A stretch of 34,603 bases of DNA. Source: Ministeria vibrans ATCC 50519. Lineage: Eukaryota > Protista > Filasterea. The position numbers were made by a program, and so were the translations under genes. Shown here piece by piece: positions 28,003 through 34,603 of the stretch. Positions within the stretch are counted from its first letter, which is position 1. Every line of letters starts with the position of its first letter. Below the pieces are notes generated by a model. That model did not search any database, was not told the origin of the DNA, and saw only the letters and a list, made by a program, of their open reading frames with translations. The stretch is taken from the NCBI GenBank assembly GCA_943704425.1, contig CALSCP010001679.1:1-34603 (forward strand). The letters are read 5' to 3'.

Positions 28003-31000
28003 AAGAAAGAAGGGAGAAAAAAACAAAGTGATAGAGAGAGAGAAAGAAGGGAGAAAAAAACAAAGTGATAGAGTGAGAGAAGGGAGAAAAAAACAAAGTG
28101 ATAGAGAGAGAAAAGGGAGAAAAAAACAAAGTGATAGAGAAACATTAGATACCCGTCCGGAGAGGTACATACATACATATACACACTTACGTGAAGCAAC
28201 GAGTAAAGCCGCCCCACCAAGAGCATGCTCGATTCGTCGTTAAGCATCCACAGACTGTGCACCACCGAGTCCGCACCACTGTAGATCAAACTCATGGGCA
28301 ACAGAGAGGCCTCGGCACCCACCGCAGTGTCCACCACATTAGCCGTGTGGCCCGTCAGCAAAACCATCTTGGCATGGGGCAGTCGCACATGACTGAAAAT
28401 GTCCCCAATAGTCACACTCTCCTTGTTAGCCATCTCGAGGGTCCATCGCAGAGGATCGGGCGCAGTCACCACACTACGACATGCCAGGTGCAACGTCAAC
28501 GACGCCTCCAACGCCTCCTCAAACAGCTTCTCGGCAGTCGCCTCCTCCGTGGCGAACCGTGTCACCGCATCCCTCCCAAACGTCTCCGCAATCTGCACCG
28601 ACTCCGCATACGCCAAAGGCATGTCGCCGCGCGGGTTCTCGTACACCACAATAGGCGTAAACCCGTCCATTTGCGAGCGTGACGTGCGCGCCGCCGAGCG
28701 TCGGTACTTCCACACCACCATTTGCAGGTTGGCTGCAATGCGTAAACCGCCGGAGCGCGGCAGGTCGCTCAGACGACGTCCATCCACAAGAGGCAACGCC
28801 TGCAGGGGCACGGAGCAGAGTGCACGGTGGGGCACAAGCAGCAACTCAGAGGCACTCTCAAGCGACGGCACAAGCAGTTCAAGCTCAAGCAGCTGCGACA
28901 ATGCTCCAAGAGCCTGTTCGAGATCCGCCGCGTTTTGCGCACTCGCAGCCGTCCGCACGCGCAAACACATGGCAATAACCTGTTCCGTCGTGCATCGCAT
29001 CGTCTCCGCCATAATGTTCTCGCCCTGCAAAACCACCACGTACGGAGATCCGCCTGTCGGCAGGAACCACTCGACGCACGTCGTGTGCGGCAGAGTTCGT
29101 CGAACATCCGAAAGCGTCACACGTCGCACAGTTCGCGCCGCCGCAAAGTCCGAGTCGTTGATGGCCACAAAGTCCTCGAGACGCTGTAATGGCGCGCGCA
29201 TTTGTGTCGCCGCAAATTCACGGCTGTCGACGTCCCGCGACAGCGAATTTCTATCCTGCAGGTAGCGCTCAGCGTTTACCTGCTCGCGCGCCTGCTGCAC
29301 CGCCAACAACAAGTTGGTGTACTCGTCGGCAACGGAGTCGGGTAGGTGCGGCTGCAACATCTGCTTGGTGACCAACTCAACGGTGCGACGTGCCGCTGAT
29401 CGCTCCATGTAGCTCCAGGCCGCCTCGGGTCGCTTCAGCTGAATGCACGCGCCCACCAACTCCGCGTACATCTCGTAGTAGTTGACGTTGAGCGTCACAG
29501 GCGTCGCGTCTGAGCGCAACATCTCATCCTTGGACATCTTGCCTGCATACTGCGTCACGACGTCCGCACCAATGCGCCCGTGCACAACAATAGTCTCGGC
29601 CACGGACACACCGCCGTCCCACACGGAAATGGCGTCTTCCAGACGGCCCAGTCGTGCCAGATCCTTGCCCAGAAAGTAGCTCGTCTCGACAAACAACACG
29701 GGATGGCGGTCCTTTGTAAACACTTGCAGTGCCTCCTGGCGTCGCGCCACCGTCGTCTTGCGGTTCTCCGCTGTCTTGCCCTTCTTGCGGTCCCAAAAGG
29801 CATCCGCCAGTCGGTTGCACAACAGGCCCCAGGACTTGAGTCTCGTCGCCAAAATTGTCTTCTCGTTCTCCAAGTTCTCCTGGTACCTCTTCATCACTGC
29901 GTCGTTGTCGCCTGCATCCACACCCGCGCCGTTCGCCGCCGGCACCATACCAGCGGCGCCACTTGCGCCCGGAACACCGCTCGTCGAGTCGTCAGCGAGT
30001 GCCCCAAGCATTCGATTGCGGAACGACTTGGCCGCGTTACCCGACTGTCCGCCGCTAGCGGCCGTCGACGACGAACCAGCGCCCGACGCACCCCCTGTCG
30101 CACTGGCGCCCGGCGGTGGCACAGCGTTGCCCATCATGCTTGCCAGACTGGTGAGCGCCGCTAACTCAGTGCCACCACCTGGTTTGTTCTTCTTCGACTT
30201 GCTACCTTTGGGCTTCACCAGCATGCTGCGCACGTCAAAGGCCAGCTCGTATCGCTTGATCGCCTCCTCCACATGATGATCCTTCTTGTCGCGTGGTCGC
30301 TGCAAAAACAAATCTCCAATGCGCTCTTGCAGGGTCGCCCAGCGCTCCGGCTCGCGGTCCTTGCTCATCATCTTGAGCGCCACCTTGTACGCCTTGACCG
30401 CCTCGTCACGGTGAGCCTCGGCGTCAGACGGCGATCCAAGCGTGTGCGCCGCGTACGCATTGCCCAGACTCACCTGTACCGCCAAGTGCTGGTCCGGATA
30501 CGACTGCGACGTGTACACAATCAGCGACTCGCGCAGCATGCGCACCGCTTCGTCGAGATTCTTGGAGCGGTCACCACGCAGACGTGCCATGTACACGAGC
30601 GCAAGGTTGTGGCGCGTGAGAGCCCACTCTGGCGCAAAGTGTTCGCGAGTGTAAACCTCAAACGCGCTCTGATGGCGCCGAATGGACTCTTCAAGATTCT
30701 CGGCGCGGTCTCCACGAATACGCACCTGAAACGACGCCGCCAGGTTGTTCTGCGTGAGTGCCCACTTTTGCGGATTGGCCCCAATGGTGCGCACCTCGAG
30801 CGCCAGCATACACCGTCGAATCGCCTCCTCTTGATTCTCGGCCTTGTCGCCGCGCAGACGCTCCTCGTACACCAGCGAGATGTTGTTCTGCGTCGACGCC
30901 CAGTTCTCGGGGTCTGCCTCGCGCGTATACACATCCACTGTGGCACGGTAGCACTTGAGCGCCATTTCGAGGTTCTCGCCGCGGTCGCCCTTGACACGTT

Positions 31001-34000
31001 CCTGGTAGGCAGCCGCAATGTTGTTCACGGTGGCCGCCCATTTGCGTGGATTGCGGTCGCGTGTGCGCACCAGCAGTGCATTGTTGCAGCATTCAATGGC
31101 ACGCTCAATGTTCTCCGCGTGCACCCCGCGCATTCGCTGGTGATAGGCGCTTGCCAAGTTGTTCATGGTAGACGCCCAGTCGTCCGGCGTGTCGCGCATC
31201 GTGAACACCTTGAGAGCAAGTTCACAGCGTCGCACAGCCTCCTCAATGTTGTCGGCTCGCGAACCGACCACGCGCTCCTGATAGGCGGCCGCAAGGTTGT
31301 TCTGTGTCGCGGCCCACTTGAGAGGGTTGACCTCGCGCGTGCGTACTTCGAGAGCCTGGTTGCAGTAGCGAATTACCTCTTCGATGTTGTCGGCACGCAG
31401 ACCCTTGACGCGCTCCTGGTAGGCGCTCGCCAGATTGTTGAGGGTCGCAGCCCAGTCTTCGGGATGCCGATCGCGTGTGTACACATGCAGGGCCTGTTGA
31501 CAGCCGACAATCACCATTTCAATGTTGTCGGCGCGGTTTCCCTTGATGCGCACACGGTAGAGCTTGGCCATGTTGATTTGCAGCGCGGCCCACCAGAGGG
31601 GATCTTCGTTGCGCGTGCGCACCTTCATGCTCTCGAGGAAGCGACGAATAGCCTCCTCTTGATTCTCGGAGCGATCGCCCTCGCGACGGTCCGTGAACGC
31701 AATGGCCAGGTTGATTTGGGCCATGGACCAGAGCTCGGGGAAGCTCGCCTGGTTGTACACCTGGAGCGCACACGAGAAGTGCATGATGGCCTTCTCAACA
31801 TTAATGTCGTGGTCGCCCATCTGACGCTCCTGGTACGACATGGCAAGACTGTTGTGAATGTTGGCCCACGTTTCGACGTGAGGGTCGCGCGGCAGCAGTT
31901 GCAGTGCCCACTCAAAGTGACGAATGGCCAACTCAAGGTTCTCGCGACGCGTTCCGGTGCGTCGAGTGAATGCCTCGTACGCCTGGCTGTAATGCTCCTC
32001 GGCCTTGGTCGCGTCCGGCTCGCGAATGTCTGTCTGCGAGCCACCCACAATGGAGACAGCGGAAGCAGTCGTTGACGTGACCTGCGCACCCGATTGCGTA
32101 CGTTTAGTTGGCGTCAGTGTTGTCGAGCGTGGCGTGCGGTCGAGGGCCTGGAGACCGCGTGCGAGAGCGTCGGCGACGTCGGGTGCAGGCTCGTGCATGA
32201 GCGAGCCAGGACGCTCCGTCTTCTTCTTCTTCTTCTTGCCACTCGAACCGGGCGCGCTCGTAATCGTCGCACTCGGTGTTCCCATGCCATTGGTGTTGTC
32301 CTGAGAGGTCTTGGTGGTTGAGGCGGTCGACACAGCCGACGGTCGAGAGCGACCCGACGAGATGGCTAGGGCACCAAGCACAGCAAGTGCCGCATCACTG
32401 TCGTCCTCTTGGTCGTCAGGTCCCACCGCCGGCTCCGACGCCGCAAGTTTCGAACGTTCCATACGCTCACGGTCACGTTCGCGACGCAAATGATGTTGTT
32501 CCGCGACACGATCGGCTGTCTCACGCTTGTGACGCTCCTCGGCCTCAGCACGCGTCTGCTCCTCGGCCAACAGACGCGCCTTGTCCGCCTCGATTTGACG
32601 GGCCTCCGCCTCAGCCTTGTCGCGTGCTGCACGCTCAGCTGCCTCAGCCTTTTCGCGCGCAACACGCTCAATGGCCTCGCGCTCGGCTTCCTCCATGGCG
32701 GCAAGACGCGCCGCATTTTCCTTGGCAACACGAGCCTCTTCGGCCTTGCGCGCTTCCTCGGCGGCCTTGCGCGCTGCCTCCTCTGCCTTCTTCTTCTCGG
32801 CAGCCGCACGCTCGGCCGCTGCGAGTGTCGCAATGCGCTTCTGTTCGAGAGATTCTCGCGCGCGATGCAGTGCCGCCACGAGCGATCGATTGTACACGAC
32901 GGCAACACGCGCCGATCGATGAAACATGGACACGGCTGTGTCAATTTCGGCGCGTCGCAGACGATCGGCAATGCGTTTGCGCGCTTTCTCGAGCACACGA
33001 TGACGCCAGACACGCTGGATGCGCACGACGAGGCGCACGGCCCGACGGAAGCGGCGAACCCGCTCAAGCCGTTGGCGAGCGCGCACCAAAGCACCGTGTA
33101 CCCAAAAGTGTCGTATGTGGGCAACCATGACGGAGAAGCGCACGAACCAAGCAAGGGCGTGGGTACGACGCAGTTGGATCCGGGCGCGTGCGAGCGCAGG
33201 GTAGACGGTCTTTTGGATGACGGTGACGACGCGCACAGCCTTGATAAAGCGACGTGCCGCACGGTGGCGGTTGAGGATGCGTTTGAGGCGTGAGCAAGCA
33301 CGACAGGCATTGATGGCACTATGAAAACGGCGACGTGCAAGCCACGACTTGACACGCTTGACCACATCGGCCATTTGCGACTCGCTACCGTCGCCGATAA
33401 GGTCCTCGAGAATGGCCATTTTGCCGGGACGAAAGAACACTTTGGTAAGGCCAATCTGGAAGTCCTTGTCACCGCTGAGATTGAGCGCCACGAGAAGCGC
33501 CTCACAGAACATGGACGGCTTGAGCTTGGCAATGACTGGTGGCATGGCGGGCGCATAGCGTTCGTAGAGGGTCTCAAACGAGCAACGTGTGGGGAAACCC
33601 GCCTGCATGAGCTGCACGGCCGCACACATGCCCGAACAACGCAGTTGCAACATGACCATGTTGGAGTCAAAATCGTCGGCGATTTGCTTGCTGTTTGGCT
33701 TGATGCAACGGATAAAGTGGCTCGGGCTCTTGTTGAGACGCTCCAGCAGGTGATGAAGCTGCACCTTGAAGCGACTGGCCACACTCTTGGTACGTTTGGT
33801 CGCCCCTGTTGGGCTACCAATAGCGTTGCTCAGGGCCTTTTTGCATGGAGTGAGCTACGAAATGAGAGAAGAAAGAACAAAGTGTGTGTTTTAAGGAAGA
33901 TTAGGAAACGAAAAAACAAAAAAGAGAAATATGAGAGAAATGCTATTCAACATTTGTGTGCATACGGAAGAGTCGTTTAGAATGGCGACAAGAGAGTCGT

Positions 34001-34603
34001 GGAGTTGATCGTTGTTCTTCTCGAGGAAACCTTCGACTTCGTAGACGACTTCACCAGCAAAATGGACCACAATGAACCCTTGGTCTTGCTTCACCTTGGC
34101 CAGCCGTCCCATTTGCTTCAAACTGGAGCTCCCCTTGTTCATTTTGAGCACCTGTACAACAACAAAAGATAGAACGAGAGAGATGCAAGAGTAAGTGACA
34201 ACACCAAAATAAAAAGTTGATTACCTTTTCGCAGTAGGTGCGATCGGAAGCGTTGGGAAAGACACACTCTTCGTCAAGGAGCGCCAGGAGACCGACGCGA
34301 CGGTCTTCCACGAGCTCGATGGTTGAGGTGTTGTCGTGGAACTCGACCTTGCGGTAGCGCAAAGCCTCCATCTCGTAAATGTTCTGCTCCTGCATGAGAA
34401 TCTGGCGGTTAAAGTACTGCTGGAGCTGCTCGTTGACGTGGTTGATGCAGAGCTGCTCGAATCCGTTGCGTTTGAACACCTCAAAACCCGCAATGTCGAG
34501 AATGCCAATGAGTGTTTGGTCCGGAGAGTCATCACTTGAAGTGGTTGATTCCCTCGGCACAGATCCCACCGTTCTGGCACGGCGACGATGCACACTCGTC
34601 AAT
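27696..34603 (-). CDS. Myosin (class VI-like motor) - atypical IQ neck - SAH - 46-aa TPR array - CHAT domain fusion; 5' part lies outside the window
   Basis: Exons >34603-34225, 34151-33966, 33854-28191 and 27896-27696, all phase 0. Motor motifs: IGILDIAGFE, FEQLCINHVNEQLQQYFN, HFAGEVVY, FIRCIKPN, GLTKVFFRPGK. TPR consensus: WAxTxNNLAxAYxERxxGxRAxNxE. CHAT motifs: LLLVPHRALCSVPLQAL, SVVHSLW, PYASPLYWASLVVHG*. Confidence 0.92.
27911..28141. repeat. (AG)n run plus 4 copies of a ~34-37-bp unit with core AAACAAAGTGATAGAG in the last myosin intron
   Basis: AG run at 27911-27998, then four GGGAGAAAAAAACAAAGTGATAGAG units. Confidence 0.9.

Noticed and set aside
30273-33293. Long + strand ORFs (600, 284 and 294 aa) opposite the myosin, and similarly 111..989 opposite the ROCO gene
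   Set aside because: These are antisense shadows of GC-rich coding sequence with no recognisable motifs.

Overview
Eukaryotic, intron-rich, very gene-dense genomic DNA. It uses the standard code and GT-AG introns. It comes from a flagellated, mitochondriate protist, judging by B9D2, DAW1 and MRS2; the lineage cannot be fixed from this window. I reconstructed 14 protein-coding genes by hand-splicing: a WD40-ROC-COR (ROCO) GTPase (3' truncated), an orphan multi-pass membrane protein, a TPR protein, an SH3BGR-like protein, UNG, B9D2, a bacterial-type putative Zn-hydrolase, PES1, a 111-aa M6PR/ATG27-like protein with no luminal domain, an EF-hand coiled-coil protein, MRS2, ATG4 with a duplicated first exon, DAW1, and a 5'-truncated myosin. 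The myosin is the standout. A class VI-like motor with an insert-2 ('reverse gear')-like segment is fused, mostly on one 5.66-kb exon, to a bacterial-style array of 46-aa TPRs and a C-terminal CHAT (caspase-HetF) domain whose His/Cys dyad is substituted. A second notable system is the ROCO gene, whose WD40 repeats each sit on a symmetric phase-2 exon of about 126 nt. All family calls come from motif recognition, not database searches, and exon structures are inferred without RNA data.
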